Assembly (NCBI GenBank): GCA_050012755.1
Contig: JBEKGO010000019.1
Location: 1-46,896 of the forward strand
Reading direction: 5' to 3'
Length of the DNA: 46,896 bases
Source: Candidatus Bathyarchaeia archaeon
Lineage (GTDB): Archaea > Thermoproteota > Bathyarchaeia > Bathyarchaeales > Bathycorpusculaceae
Positions 1 to 10,699 of this stretch are shown here, piece after piece. The notes under the pieces were generated by a model. The model had not been told where the DNA came from. It worked only from the letters and a program-made list of their open reading frames with translations, and made no database searches. The position numbers and the translations under genes are program-made. The stretch's first letter is position 1. Each line of letters begins with the position of its first letter.

Positions 1-155
1 TTCATTACTCAACTATTCCATGCTCCTTATAGAAAATCCAGTAAATCTCTGGAGATAGCCTATTCAATGGTCGAAGATAAATTTAACTCTTACAGTCAAC
101 CATTGAAGGCGACTTCGGAAAGGAGATATAGGGAAAATAAACGCGAAATTACATG

Positions 156-1292
156 TTACTCTATAGCCACTTTTTGTTTAATTTTATAATCAATCACAAC
201 TCTAATTCCATGGGCACTAAGCTCTCTATCCAGCGCCAAATCGCCAGTGTCAACCCTTAAACTCCTAAGCCTATCCAATTTGCTTTTAGTCGCAACCACA
301 ACAATATTGTCTAAACCTACTTGACGAATAACTTGGGAGCTAATCTGCTGATTACCTCTGCCAAAAATGAAACCTTGCCCACCGATTGGAGTGACAATTA
401 TTTTCGTTACCTTGCCTTTTGTAGCTGCAAGTATTTGTTTTTCATTTACGTCGCTTGCGATTATTTTCTTGCCTAAAAAGAGGTCTACTCCAAGCAAAGT
501 TTTTTTCTGATCTAAAAGATCAGCAATAGTGCGGGTGGTTGTTCCAGGACCCGTAACGTAAATGATGTCGGGTTTCATTTCTTCGATAACATATACTGCT
601 ATCGCCGCTTGATTACGCACTTCATTCTCAGTCATCGGACTCTCGAGCTTATTGCCTTGAATTAGATGAGGTTCAAACGGACTTAGCACATACCCGTAGA
701 GTTCAGCGGAAAGGCGACCTTCTCTGAAGGCTTGCTCATCAACATCCATTACTTCAGCTTCCCTCAAGGGTAATCCACTCCAAAGATAGTTCATGGCAAC
801 TCTCGCGGCAGCTTGCGGGTTTACGGCAAATACGGCGCTGTGCATCTTAACGCCAGTTGGAACACCAAGCACAGGAACTTTTAAGCCGATGGCTTTTTGT
901 ATGTCGCGGGCTGTTCCGTCGCCTCCGCAGAAAACAAGCAAATCAACACCTGACTCAACCATTGCTTTTGCAGTACATTGAGTGTCTGCCGAACTAGTTT
1001 CTTTTTTGCTTTCGCCCTGAACATCAAAGCTGAAACTGCATTTTTTAGCTTCAGCTTCGCCCATGCCACCAGCGCCAACCATTAGCTTTAAGTTCTTTTT
1101 TGCTTGAACCAATTCAGCAAGGAACGTTTCTGCCCTCTGTGGAGCCATAGGCTTAGCTCCTAGAGATATGGCTTTGTTCAAAATTATTTTGCCATCTGTT
1201 CCTTTTAACCCGACGGCTCCGCCCATACCAGCCACTGGGTTGACGATGAACCCGATGCTTTTTGTTGGAAGAGCTTCTTCAGCAGAGTTCAA
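156..1292 (-). CDS. ATP-NAD kinase / AcoX-like family protein (COG3199-type)
   Basis: IVNPVAGMGG N-terminus, GGDGT kinase motif, GVPTGVKMHS, GGQGFIFGRGNQQ; TTG start. Confidence 0.85.
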   Translation of the reverse strand: MNSAEEALPTKSIGFIVNPVAGMGGAVGLKGTDGKIILNKAISLGAKPMAPQRAETFLAELVQAKKNLKLMVGAGGMGEAEAKKCSFSFDVQGESKKETSSADTQCTAKAMVESGVDLLVFCGGDGTARDIQKAIGLKVPVLGVPTGVKMHSAVFAVNPQAAARVAMNYLWSGLPLREAEVMDVDEQAFREGRLSAELYGYVLSPFEPHLIQGNKLESPMTENEVRNQAAIAVYVIEEMKPDIIYVTGPGTTTRTIADLLDQKKTLLGVDLFLGKKIIASDVNEKQILAATKGKVTKIIVTPIGGQGFIFGRGNQQISSQVIRQVGLDNIVVVATKSKLDRLRSLRVDTGDLALDRELSAHGIRVVIDYKIKQKVAIE

Positions 1293-1368
1293 GGAAATAG
1301 CCTAGTTTAGTATTATTTGTTGATAAATAAAAAGAAAAATAAGAAGAGTAATGCGAGTTTCTCTTATT

Positions 1369-2781
1369 TTAGTATGTTTCGCAGCCGATGTATTTTTTGT
1401 TGACTTCGCTTAGCCATGGATATAGCTTGTGCAGTTTCTTCATTGATTCCTCTACTTTCTTGGCGGGGTACTCGTATGCTTGCAGGTTGCCGCTGAAGTA
1501 TTCGTCGTATGCTGCCATGTCGAAGTAGCCGTGGCCGCAAAGCACGAATAGGATGGTTTTTGCCTCGCCTGTCTTTTTGCATCGTAGTGCTTCGTCGATT
1601 GCGCCTTTGATTGCGTGGGACGGTTCTGGTGCTGGGATGATGCCTTCAGTTTGAATGAAGAGTTTTGCTGCGTCGAAGACTTCTATTTGGTTGAAGGCTT
1701 CGGTGGTCATTTGTTTTTCTTGAACAAGGACGCTTATGGTTGGAGCAATGCCGTGGTAGCGTAGTCCGCCTGCATGGATGGGTGCTGGAATAAAGTCATG
1801 TCCTATGGTGTGCATTGGCACGAGAGGAGTCAGTTTTGCAGTGTCACCGTGGTCATATTGATAATACCCCTTGGTTACTTTGGGGCATGCAGTGGCTTCT
1901 GTGGCGACGAACTTGGTTTCTTTGGGCGCTTTCTTTGCTACTTTGTCATGGTAAAACGGCCACATTAAACCTGAGAAACTACTTCCTCCACCGATGCAGC
2001 CGTAAATTACATCTGGGTAATCGTCGACCATTTCAAGTTGTTTTTTAGTTTCCAAACCTTCAACAGTTTGATGTAAACATACATGGTTGAAAACGCTACC
2101 TATGGCATAGTTGGTCTCTTCCTCATTGACTAATGCGTCTTCAACGGCCTCGCTGATGGCTATGCCCAAACTGCCCTTGTTATCTGGATCTTCAGCAAGG
2201 ATTTTCCGTCCTGCCTCTGTTCTGTTGCTTGGGCTGGCAAAGCATTCTGCGCCAAAAGTATTCATCATCATCTTTCGATATGGTTTCTGGTCATAACTTG
2301 CACGCACCATGTAAACTGTAGCTTTAAGTCCATACATCATGGCTGCAAATGCCAAGGCAGAACCCCATTGGCCTGCGCCTGTCTCTGTTGAGAGGCGTTT
2401 TGTGCCTTCTTTCATGTTGTAGTATGCTTGAGGTACGGCTGTGTTGGGTTTGTGGCTTCCAGCTGGGCTTACGCCTTCGTATTTGTAGTAGATTTTTGCT
2501 GGTGTTCTTAGTGCTTTTTCTAAGCCTGTGGCTCTGAAGAGTGGAGAGGGTCTCCAGATTCGGTAGACTTCTCGTACTTCTTCAGGTATGTCTATCCATC
2601 TTTCTTGGCTTATTTCTTGGCCGATAATTGCTTTTGGGAATATTCGTGGGACTATCCCGACTCCCGGCTGCCCTGTTGCTGCATCTATGAATGGTGGCAG
2701 TGGATGTGGTAAGTCGGGAACTATGTTGTACCATTGCTTTGGAATTTCGTCTTCTCTTAATAATATTTTTTTAATGGTCAT
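1369..2781 (-). CDS. trpB2: Tryptophan synthase beta chain 2 (TrpB2, PLP-dependent)
   Basis: IPKQWYNI N-terminus, GSHKPN PLP lysine, [23 protein letters not shown] typical of TrpB2. Confidence 0.95.
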   Translation of the reverse strand: MTIKKILLREDEIPKQWYNIVPDLPHPLPPFIDAATGQPGVGIVPRIFPKAIIGQEISQERWIDIPEEVREVYRIWRPSPLFRATGLEKALRTPAKIYYKYEGVSPAGSHKPNTAVPQAYYNMKEGTKRLSTETGAGQWGSALAFAAMMYGLKATVYMVRASYDQKPYRKMMMNTFGAECFASPSNRTEAGRKILAEDPDNKGSLGIAISEAVEDALVNEEETNYAIGSVFNHVCLHQTVEGLETKKQLEMVDDYPDVIYGCIGGGSSFSGLMWPFYHDKVAKKAPKETKFVATEATACPKVTKGYYQYDHGDTAKLTPLVPMHTIGHDFIPAPIHAGGLRYHGIAPTISVLVQEKQMTTEAFNQIEVFDAAKLFIQTEGIIPAPEPSHAIKGAIDEALRCKKTGEAKTILFVLCGHGYFDMAAYDEYFSGNLQAYEYPAKKVEESMKKLHKLYPWLSEVNKKYIGCETY

Positions 2782-2814
2782 TTCTTTCGCCTTCTTGTTT
2801 ATAAAGCGATAAAA

Positions 2815-2860
2815 TGTACCTGATAGTTTTATTTAAGGCTTTTGTGTACACTTTTGTTCA
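2815..2860. promoter_or_regulatory. Putative TrpY operator (TRP boxes) in the divergent trpB2/trpY promoter
   Basis: TGTACC 2815-2820, TGTACA 2845-2850 and TGTTCA 2855-2860 flank a minus-strand TATA-like TTAAATA (about 2830-2836); TGTACA is the TRP-box consensus known from Methanothermobacter. Confidence 0.7.
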
Positions 2861-2932
2861 TTGGGAAGCAACGAAAACAGTTAACAACACATTTATACTT
2901 AAACGAACAAAAACACGCACTAGCGAAATAAT

Positions 2933-3436
2933 ATGTGGAACCAAATAAAAAACCAGCTTCAAGAATACCCCGAACGACTGAAAGTCGCACGCGTATTCAT
3001 AGAAAATGGACTAAGCGTCCAAAATGACAAAATTTGCCTAAACCAAATTGAAATTCCACCCGTTCGCATAGCAAGAGTTGCTGGGGTCGACAGGCGTACG
3101 GTGAACGAGACATTGAACAGCATAAAAGCCAGCCCTGAGCTCAAATTGATTTTTGAGGAAATACGTCCAGCAGGGGCTTCACTAAAGGAAATTGCCAAGC
3201 ACCTCAATCTTGGTGTGCTAGAAATTACTCCTGTAAACGCAAAATCGCCAGGAATCTTATCTAATGCAGCTATGATTCTAAACAAAGCAGGATTAAGCAT
3301 TAGACAAGCAATCGTCGATGACCCAGAACTCTCACCTGAACCCAAACTTACCTTAATAGTCGAGAAAAAAATTCCAGGCGAACTTATCCCCGAGCTACTC
3401 AAGATTCCTGGAATAGCTAAAGTTTCAATATATTAA
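2933..3436 (+). CDS. trpY: TrpY tryptophan-responsive regulator (HTH + ACT, COG2150)
   Basis: MWNQIK...YP, IARVAGVDRRTV HTH, PGIL...SIRQAIVDDPEL ACT domain, KVSIY end; divergent from trpB2. Confidence 0.85.
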   Translation: MWNQIKNQLQEYPERLKVARVFIENGLSVQNDKICLNQIEIPPVRIARVAGVDRRTVNETLNSIKASPELKLIFEEIRPAGASLKEIAKHLNLGVLEITPVNAKSPGILSNAAMILNKAGLSIRQAIVDDPELSPEPKLTLIVEKKIPGELIPELLKIPGIAKVSIY

Positions 3437-3589
3437 GCCATGGCAAAAATGAAACGAAGCAAACGATAAAAGCGGGCTAAATGATTCAAAAACCGCTCGC
3501 CTAGGCTTTATTAATCATTCCCTGCCTAGAAAAACTTATATTGTTAGGGACATTTTGTTGTTGTTCGCTATTAAAGGAGATTACTTGAT

Positions 3590-5233
3590 TTGTCATCATT
3601 CCCAACACAAGCGGGCGGTATACCTATCATGGTTTTGAAAGAAGGTTCAAACAGATCCCGCGGAAGAGAAGCCCAACACGGAAACATTACCGCCGCTAAA
3701 GTGGTATCGGAAAGTGTCCGAAGCTCTTTAGGACCAAAAGGCATGGATAAGATGCTTGTGGATAATTTTGGAGATGTCACAATAACGAGCGATGGTCGAA
3801 CCATTTTAGATGAAATGGATATTCAGCATCCAGCCGCCAAAATGATGGTTGAAGTTGCCAAGACGCAGGATAATGAAACTGGCGACGGTACAACATCTGC
3901 AGTCATTATTGCAGGTGAACTTTTAGCCAAAGCAGAAGAATTGCTAGACAAGAATATTCATCCAACAATAGTGATTGATGGCTATCGAATGGCAGCTGAA
4001 AAAGCGCTAGAGACCCTTGAGAAAATAGCCATACCCATAGACCTCAAATCCTCAGACTACCTCAAAAAAGCAGCCACAACCTCAATGGGAAGCAAAATCG
4101 TTGCCGAATACAAAGAATACTTAGCTGATATAGCAGTAAAGGCAATGCTTGCAGTCGCAGAAAAACAAAACGGTGGCTATAGAGTGGATGTCGACGATGT
4201 TAAGGTTGAAAAGAAAACAGGCGAATCGCTCAAAGATACCAGCCTGATAAACGGCATTGTTTTAGATAAAGAAATTGTTCACTCAGGAATGCCTAAGCGA
4301 GCGGAAAAGGCAAAAATTGCTTTAATTGATGCTTCCTTAGAGATTGAGAAAACTGAGTTAGACGCTAAAATAAGTATTGAAAGCCCAGACCAGATTGAAG
4401 CGTTCCTGAAGGAAGAGGAAACAATGCTGCAAGATATGGCCAACAAAATCTTAGCTTCAGGGGCAAACGTTGTTGTCTGCCAAAAAGGTATAGACGATAT
4501 GGAACAGCATTTTCTTTCCAAAAAAGGAATAATTGCCATTAGAAGAGCCAAAAAATCAGACATGGAAAAACTCGCAAAAGCCACGGGCGGAAAAATCGTA
4601 AGCAACCTTAACGATATTTCATCATCAGACCTTGGGTGGGCAGCTTTAGTTGAAGAACGCAAAATCGGCGACGACAAAATGACCTTCGTTGAAGGCTGCA
4701 AGAACCCCAAAGCCGTAACCATTTTAATTAGAGCTGGAACTCAACGTATGACCGCGGAGGCAGAACGTTCAATACATGATGCACTCTGCGTAATCAGAGA
4801 CTTAATCCAAGAACCAAAAATTGTTGCTGGAGGAAGTGCTCCAGAACTTGAAATGGCAAGTGCGCTTAGAAAATATGCTGAAACAATGTCGGGAAGAGAG
4901 CAACTTGCAGTCCGAGTATTCGCAGAAGCCCTTGAATCTATAACGGTTACGCTTGCTGAGAATGCAGGCGTAGACCCAATCGATATACTTGTAGATTTGC
5001 GTTCGAGGCATGATAAGGGAGAAACATGGGCTGGCATTGAAGTCCTCGAAGGAAAAATTCAAGACATGTCAAAGGTAAACATCTTTGAGCCTCTTTCAGT
5101 CAAAAAACAAATAATCAAATCCGCAAACGAAGCAGCATCCATGATCCTCAAAATCGACGACATAATTTCGGCCACCAAAATGAAAGCACCACCTATGCCT
5201 CCAGGAGGAATGGGCGGCGGCATGGGAGAGTAA
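3590..5233 (+). CDS. ths: Thermosome (group II chaperonin) subunit
   Basis: [20 protein letters not shown] motif, GGM-rich tail; TTG start with AAGGAGA SD. Confidence 0.97.
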   Translation: MSSFPTQAGGIPIMVLKEGSNRSRGREAQHGNITAAKVVSESVRSSLGPKGMDKMLVDNFGDVTITSDGRTILDEMDIQHPAAKMMVEVAKTQDNETGDGTTSAVIIAGELLAKAEELLDKNIHPTIVIDGYRMAAEKALETLEKIAIPIDLKSSDYLKKAATTSMGSKIVAEYKEYLADIAVKAMLAVAEKQNGGYRVDVDDVKVEKKTGESLKDTSLINGIVLDKEIVHSGMPKRAEKAKIALIDASLEIEKTELDAKISIESPDQIEAFLKEEETMLQDMANKILASGANVVVCQKGIDDMEQHFLSKKGIIAIRRAKKSDMEKLAKATGGKIVSNLNDISSSDLGWAALVEERKIGDDKMTFVEGCKNPKAVTILIRAGTQRMTAEAERSIHDALCVIRDLIQEPKIVAGGSAPELEMASALRKYAETMSGREQLAVRVFAEALESITVTLAENAGVDPIDILVDLRSRHDKGETWAGIEVLEGKIQDMSKVNIFEPLSVKKQIIKSANEAASMILKIDDIISATKMKAPPMPPGGMGGGMGE

Positions 5234-5241
5234 AAAAAAAT

Positions 5242-5484
5242 ATGTCAAAACAAGAAATAACTGTTGGACCACCAAAAATGACTCGATTCGAGAAAGCAAG
5301 AATTGTTGGAGCTAGAGCACTTCAAATCTCGATGGGTGCACCAATTTTGGTGGATGCAGCTGAAAATACAAACCCTATTGATATAGCTCTAGTTGAACTT
5401 GAGGCAGGCATACTTCCGATAACTATCAGAAGAACCTTGCCGGATGGCACGTTCCAAGATATTCCGCTGAAATGGCTAACCTAA
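5242..5484 (+). CDS. rpoK: RNA polymerase subunit K (Rpo6)
   Basis: [28 protein letters not shown]. Confidence 0.96.
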   Translation: MSKQEITVGPPKMTRFEKARIVGARALQISMGAPILVDAAENTNPIDIALVELEAGILPITIRRTLPDGTFQDIPLKWLT

Positions 5485-5969
5485 GTTTCTTCTTTTAGTT
5501 TATCCTGTTTTTCTTTGGCTTCGTTAATTGTATTTGTTATTTGTTTCCAGTGTGCTCCTTGCCAATAAACTTGCCCGCAGTTGGGACATTTCCAAAATTT
5601 ATCATAATAAGTCAAAGTGTTTTTCTCTAATTCGTTTGCAAGCTGTTCTTTGGGCGTGACTTTCAGTTTAGTGTTACATACTGGACAATGCGATTTTTCC
5701 ATATCTACCGCTAGCGTTAAGTCATATCGCGGGGCAAGTTCTGCCAGCCGGTCAGATTCTGTTTCGCCCTCAATATAGAAAGCATCTATTCCCCTAGTGA
5801 TGGCTCGTTTGTAGAGCTCCAAATCTTTAGTCAATAGGACACGGTTTTCTTTTTTTGCCACTTCAAGAAGCTCAGAGTCACTTAACTCAGTGTAGTACAA
5901 AACATCTTGCCCTAGCATTCGTAGCCAACGAGTTAATTTTCCCAGCATACTGTCCGCTAGGAACTTCAC
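5481..5969 (-). CDS. Mut7-C RNase (PIN-like) domain protein with Zn ribbon
   Basis: [28 protein letters not shown]...[13 protein letters not shown]. Confidence 0.9.
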   Translation of the reverse strand: MKFLADSMLGKLTRWLRMLGQDVLYYTELSDSELLEVAKKENRVLLTKDLELYKRAITRGIDAFYIEGETESDRLAELAPRYDLTLAVDMEKSHCPVCNTKLKVTPKEQLANELEKNTLTYYDKFWKCPNCGQVYWQGAHWKQITNTINEAKEKQDKLKEET

Positions 5970-7312
5970 ACATCGCCTCTCCCAACAATTGAGCCGCTGC
6001 CCGCTTTGGCAATTATTTCGCCTTCTTCAAAAACTAAAAGCCCTTTAACGTAGGTTTTTATTGGTTTGCCCGCAACTTCCCAGCCGTCGTAGGGTGAATA
6101 TTTGGCTTTTGATTTGAATTTTGAGGCATCGATTTTGAATTTTTGATTAAAATCTACAATTGTTAGATCAGCACTTTTTCCTTGTTCTAAGCGACCACAA
6201 TCATTCAAACCATAAATTTCAGCTGGCTTCTCAGCTAGAAGTTGAACGACTTGGGTCAAAGACAATTGGTTTTTTCTAACCTGAGTCAACATAAGTGGCA
6301 ATGTAGTTTCCAAGCCTGGCACCCCGACTTTAACGTCCCAAACGCTGCTTGCCGATTTCTCGCTTAACGCATGCGGCGCATGATCAGATCCTAAAGTGTC
6401 AACCGAACATGTCTCCAAGCCTTTCCATAACGCTTCAACTTGGGTTTTGTCGCGGAGAGGTGGCGCCATAATCAGCATTTGACCGCTTCGCTGCAATTCA
6501 GAAGTCGATAGCAATAGGTGATTGGGGGTAACTTCGCAGGTTATTTTTCTTTTTAGTTTTTTAGCTTCCTCTATGGCGTTTAAACCTTTTTCAGTTGAGA
6601 CATGGCAAAAATGTAGATGCACATTAGCCGAGACGTTTATTTTTAGTAGGCGTTCTATGGCTTTCTGTTCAACTTCTTCTGAATGTGCCGCTTGAAAAGC
6701 TGCAGGACTGTTTTTTTTGGCTTGTTTTAGCTTTTCCTCATTTTTTGTAAGTAAAGCTTTGTCTTCGGCATGCACTGCCACGGGCATATTAAAATTTGCG
6801 ACCTCTTTGAATCCTTCTCCTACGGATTCGTCATCGTCAATGTTTAATCCGCCAATTTGGCATCCCATAAAAAGCTTGAATCCTACTGCCCCTTCCGCGA
6901 CTATATCTTTAATTTCTGAGGTTTTTTTGGGAAATTCAGAGTAGAACCCTACATTTACCAGAATTTTTCTTGAGGCAGTCCAAATGCGGTTTCGCAGGGT
7001 TTCAGAACTCATTGTGACGGGTTCGTTATTTGGCATATCTAAAACGGTGGCGAAGCCTCCAGCGGCTGCGGCGGCGGTTCCTGTTTCAAAATCTTCTTTG
7101 TAAGCTTTTCCTTCATCGCGAAGGTGAACATGCTCATCTATCAAGCCGGGCAGGACTAAAAGGTTTCTTAAGTTATTTTTTTGGTCAGCATTTGGCATTT
7201 GGGTTTCTTTGCCGATTTTGAAGATTTTACCTTCTTCAATTGCTATGCTGCAGTCGACGATTCGCCCGTTAAGGTAGGCTTTCGCATTTGTCAGGACAGA
7301 ATCGACAATCAA
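5966..7312 (-). CDS. pyrC: Dihydroorotase (amidohydrolase family)
   Basis: PGLIDEHVHLRD, DMPNN, HFCHVS, GSDHAPH, SPYDGW. Confidence 0.88.
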   Translation of the reverse strand: MIVDSVLTNAKAYLNGRIVDCSIAIEEGKIFKIGKETQMPNADQKNNLRNLLVLPGLIDEHVHLRDEGKAYKEDFETGTAAAAAGGFATVLDMPNNEPVTMSSETLRNRIWTASRKILVNVGFYSEFPKKTSEIKDIVAEGAVGFKLFMGCQIGGLNIDDDESVGEGFKEVANFNMPVAVHAEDKALLTKNEEKLKQAKKNSPAAFQAAHSEEVEQKAIERLLKINVSANVHLHFCHVSTEKGLNAIEEAKKLKRKITCEVTPNHLLLSTSELQRSGQMLIMAPPLRDKTQVEALWKGLETCSVDTLGSDHAPHALSEKSASSVWDVKVGVPGLETTLPLMLTQVRKNQLSLTQVVQLLAEKPAEIYGLNDCGRLEQGKSADLTIVDFNQKFKIDASKFKSKAKYSPYDGWEVAGKPIKTYVKGLLVFEEGEIIAKAGSGSIVGRGDV

Positions 7313-7430
7313 ATCAGTTCACGGTCATATTGATAGCAAGTTGATTGGTAATTAAAGTTTATTTATAGTGGAATCGGGTTTGAGGAAAGAGAAAATCTCG
7401 TGTTCGTCGATTTATAGAACTATCGAGAAA

Positions 7431-8030
7431 TTATTTTTCTTGTTCAAGTTCTATTCTGCATTCATCGCATATGTTTTGTCCGTTTCGTTCTTTGAGGCTT
7501 TCAGAGTATCCGTTGCAGCGGTCACAGTATCCGGAAAGCGGGACTTCTTCAGTTTCTTCAGTTCTGGCTTCTCCTTCGATGCGTGATCTTTCAAGAATTG
7601 TCTCTATCAATTCAGGCATTACACCTAAAACATCTTTACTGGAGATTATGCCCACAAGGTTACCTTTGTAAATTACGCCTAGACGTCTGATATCGAGACG
7701 ATTCATTCTTCGAGCGGCTTCAGTAATTGTTGCTTCAGGCTCAATCGTGACCAGTGGCGTAGTCATAATTTCTTTAAGTTTAACAGTGTCTGGTTTCAGG
7801 TTTTTAGCTAAAACCCTGAGCACTAAGTCACGCTCAGTAATAATGCCGATTGATTTTCCTGCTTCATTTGTAACTATAATTGCACCCAAGTCCCCACGGT
7901 CCATGGCAACTGCAACCTTGTTTGAGCTTTCGTTCTCATTCATGGTTACAACTGGACTGCTCATGACATCTTTTACCAGCATTTTTGTTCTTAATCCCAG
8001 TTCGGACATGGCAAATTTCACTTCCGTCAC
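7431..8030 (-). CDS. CBS-pair protein with C-terminal Zn ribbon
   Basis: VKDVMSSPVVT, GIITERD, IMTTPLVTI, GIISSKD; CDRC...CDEC. Start may be a downstream ATG. Confidence 0.88.
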   Translation of the reverse strand: MTEVKFAMSELGLRTKMLVKDVMSSPVVTMNENESSNKVAVAMDRGDLGAIIVTNEAGKSIGIITERDLVLRVLAKNLKPDTVKLKEIMTTPLVTIEPEATITEAARRMNRLDIRRLGVIYKGNLVGIISSKDVLGVMPELIETILERSRIEGEARTEETEEVPLSGYCDRCNGYSESLKERNGQNICDECRIELEQEK

Positions 8031-8161
8031 AATTTATCTAAGCTTAACTTCATGCAACAAATAAGAAACGATAATTTAAGATTTGCTTAATGTTAAGGTT
8101 GGCTCGTGAAGTTTTATTAGATGCCTTACAGATAGGACACATTGACTGATGAGGAACTTTT

Positions 8162-9049
8162 ATGCTTAGAACAAACGTTGATAAACTCATAAAAATGTCA
8201 GTTGTAGGGGAAATTGCCAGTCCAACCATCAGATCGGTCTACAATGTTTCAGCAACAGGAAAACCTATGGTTTTGCCTGGAGTAGGCGGCGTAACCTACA
8301 ATCTTAGAATTGGCGACCTTGCATGTGGCTGGGAGGCTGACCATGTTGAGCCAGGCGTAAGTGTGGAAAACAAAGAAAACGATGCTCGCTCCGGACCAGC
8401 AGCTAATACTGCTTTTAACGTATTATCATGTGTTGGAAATAAAGCGACGGTTGTTAGCGGTGATGCAAAAGGTGCTGAAGGAGCTGTGACAGGTAAACAC
8501 GGTGGAATCGAGCATGTTTTAATCGATTTTCCCATGGAGATTTTGGAAAAACTCGTACCCGGAGATAGAATTCTAGTAAAATCGTTCGGCATAGGCTTAA
8601 AACTTTTAGATTTTCCAGAAATTAAAGTTTTGAATATGGATCCAGCGTTGCTTGAAGCATGGAATCCTCAGCCGAAGGGTGACAAGCTTGAGGTAGCGGT
8701 AACACATATTGTTCCAGCAGCCATTATGGGATCAGGCTTGGGAGCTAACCAAGTTAACTCAGGTGATTATGATATTCAATTGTTCGATGAAAAAATAGTT
8801 GAGCAATATGGGCTAGCAAGCTTAAGGCTTGGCGATTTAGTAGCGATCATTGATGCTGATCATTCGTTTGGGAGAATTTACCGCCAAGGAGCCATTTCAA
8901 TAGGGGTAGTTATTCACACGAATTGCATTACAGCGGGACATGGTCCAGGAGTAACAACTTTGATGACTTCGCCAGATGGAAAAATTATCCCTCAAATAAA
9001 TGCAAAAGCTAATATCGCTTCTCTCTTAAACTTAAGAGCATATATATAA
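8162..9049 (+). CDS. DUF4438 family protein
   Basis: PGVGGVTYN, ADHVEPGVS, TGKHGGIEH, GSGLG, GDYDI, GHGPGVT. Confidence 0.8.
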   Translation: MLRTNVDKLIKMSVVGEIASPTIRSVYNVSATGKPMVLPGVGGVTYNLRIGDLACGWEADHVEPGVSVENKENDARSGPAANTAFNVLSCVGNKATVVSGDAKGAEGAVTGKHGGIEHVLIDFPMEILEKLVPGDRILVKSFGIGLKLLDFPEIKVLNMDPALLEAWNPQPKGDKLEVAVTHIVPAAIMGSGLGANQVNSGDYDIQLFDEKIVEQYGLASLRLGDLVAIIDADHSFGRIYRQGAISIGVVIHTNCITAGHGPGVTTLMTSPDGKIIPQINAKANIASLLNLRAYI

Positions 9050-9101
9050 GATAGTTTAATGAATAAATGGAAAAATAGAAAGAATAATGAGGTTAAAATA
9101 A

Positions 9102-9392
9102 TTGCCATCTAAGCGTAAAAGCCGAGGAAGATCGAAAGGAAGCAAAGGAAGCAGCAGCCTTGTTCAATGCGCTAATTGTGGTGCGATGGTTCCGCGTGAT
9201 AAGGCAAAAAGAAATACTCGCCGTGTTTCGTTTGTTGAGCCGCAGTTAGCTAAGGAGCTTAGGCAAAAAGGCACGTTTCTAGCTTCATGGGTGGACACTA
9301 AATATTATTGTATATCTTGTGCTGTTCATCGCGGAATCGTTAATGTTAGAGCCGAATCCGAACGTCACTCACGAGCCAGAAGAAGATATTAA
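9102..9392 (+). CDS. rps26e: 30S ribosomal protein S26e (eS26)
   Basis: KRKSRGRSKG, CANCGAMVPRDKA, YCISCAVHRGIV; TTG start. Confidence 0.95.
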   Translation: MPSKRKSRGRSKGSKGSSSLVQCANCGAMVPRDKAKRNTRRVSFVEPQLAKELRQKGTFLASWVDTKYYCISCAVHRGIVNVRAESERHSRARRRY

Positions 9393-10021
9393 GCGGCTAC
9401 ATCTTTTTTCTTTAATTCCTTGTAAACGTGAAATGCTCTTTGTATAACGGTAAGGTTTGAAAGCACTGCCAACAAGAATATGCCAATACCTAAGGCGGGT
9501 AACCAATAAAATGCTATTAAGCTGACAACGGCTAAAATAAGCATTCGTTCTGCGCGTTCAGCCAAGCCTACTGACTCCATTTTTATGCCTGCGGCTTCGG
9601 CTCTTGCACGAGTGTAGCTTACCAGCAGAGAACCTAATAGCGCGGCCAACCCCCAAATTGCACCCCAAGTTGATCCCCAAAATCGATTGCTTAATCCTGC
9701 AATTATTATGGCTGCGTAGACTACTGCATCCGCGTACCGGTCTAGAACCGAATCAAAAAAGCCCCCAAATATTGTGGTTTGACTGAAAGTCCTTGCAATG
9801 ATTCCGTCAAGTGTATCGCAGAATCCTGAAGCTAAAAGCAGAAGCGTTGCCAAAAGAAGAAGACACTGATAGTTTTGGGCCATGGTGTAAGCGGCTGCGG
9901 ATGCTAAAGCTAGAATGAATCCTATTATGCTTACTTTGTTTGGAGTTAAGCCTATTTTATGTGCGGCTGTTGCTTGCGAAGTTAGCATTTGCTGAACTTT
10001 TTTCTTCAGTTTTGTAAGCAA
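9389..10021 (-). CDS. CDP-alcohol phosphatidyltransferase (archaetidylinositol-phosphate synthase-like)
   Basis: TPN, DTLDGIIAR...GGFFDSVLDRYAD signature, SYTRARAE, ERAER. Confidence 0.92.
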   Translation of the reverse strand: MLTKLKKKVQQMLTSQATAAHKIGLTPNKVSIIGFILALASAAAYTMAQNYQCLLLLATLLLLASGFCDTLDGIIARTFSQTTIFGGFFDSVLDRYADAVVYAAIIIAGLSNRFWGSTWGAIWGLAALLGSLLVSYTRARAEAAGIKMESVGLAERAERMLILAVVSLIAFYWLPALGIGIFLLAVLSNLTVIQRAFHVYKELKKKDVAA

Positions 10022-10240
10022 GTTAACTCTCAGCTTGGTTTACGTGTTAAAGCTCATTATAGATTGCCTGCAGAAAAGCCTTTCCAGTTAGAATGTTTAA
10101 CATTTATTGCCGTTGGGTGATTCTTCAATTGACTTATAAGGAAGTACTATTATTATTTTGCATTAACGTTTCCGTTGCACACCAAACGCGTGTAACAGCG
10201 ACGTTATACAAAGCAAACAACTAAAAGGAGTAAAAAGAAA

Positions 10241-10528
10241 ATGACTGAAAATGCAGATGTTATCTTCGTAGGAAACAAACCTCCAATGAGCTACGTTCTG
10301 GCAATCATAACAAGCCTCTCAGCAGGCAACCTAAAAGAAATTACTTTGAAAGCCCGAGGACAAGCCATAACCACCGCTGTTGACGTAGCTGAGATCACAA
10401 GGAACCGGTTCGTCAAAGACCTTAATGTTGCAAAGATTGTTATCGGAACGGCCGAGATGCCACCTCGTGAGGGAGAGAGCAGGTCCAGAATGGTTTCCAC
10501 AATGGAGATAACCTTAAGCAAAAAGTAA
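10241..10528 (+). CDS. albA: DNA/RNA-binding protein Alba
   Basis: IFVGNKPPMSYVLA, LKARGQAITTAVDVAE, VSTMEITL; AGGAG SD. Confidence 0.96.
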   Translation: MTENADVIFVGNKPPMSYVLAIITSLSAGNLKEITLKARGQAITTAVDVAEITRNRFVKDLNVAKIVIGTAEMPPREGESRSRMVSTMEITLSKK

Positions 10529-10699
10529 AACTGGACAAGCAAACAAAAAATCGAAAACAATTCCAAACTTTCTTCTTATTTTTTAACACTCTATAAACGT
10601 TTTCCGTTGATTGATTAACAATGCTGCACATAGAAATGCTGTGCATCGTAAGGTTAAATAGCTGATTTTGTTAGTAAAAGAATTACTCGTGTGAGGGCA

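Noticed and set aside
1-30. Possible minus-strand gene start (TTG AGT AAT GAA) running off the left edge
   Set aside because: Only four codons are visible; cannot be supported
10621-10646. TGCACA-N9-TGTGCA inverted repeat between alba and serS
   Set aside because: A 6-bp stem is short enough to arise by chance; no supporting context
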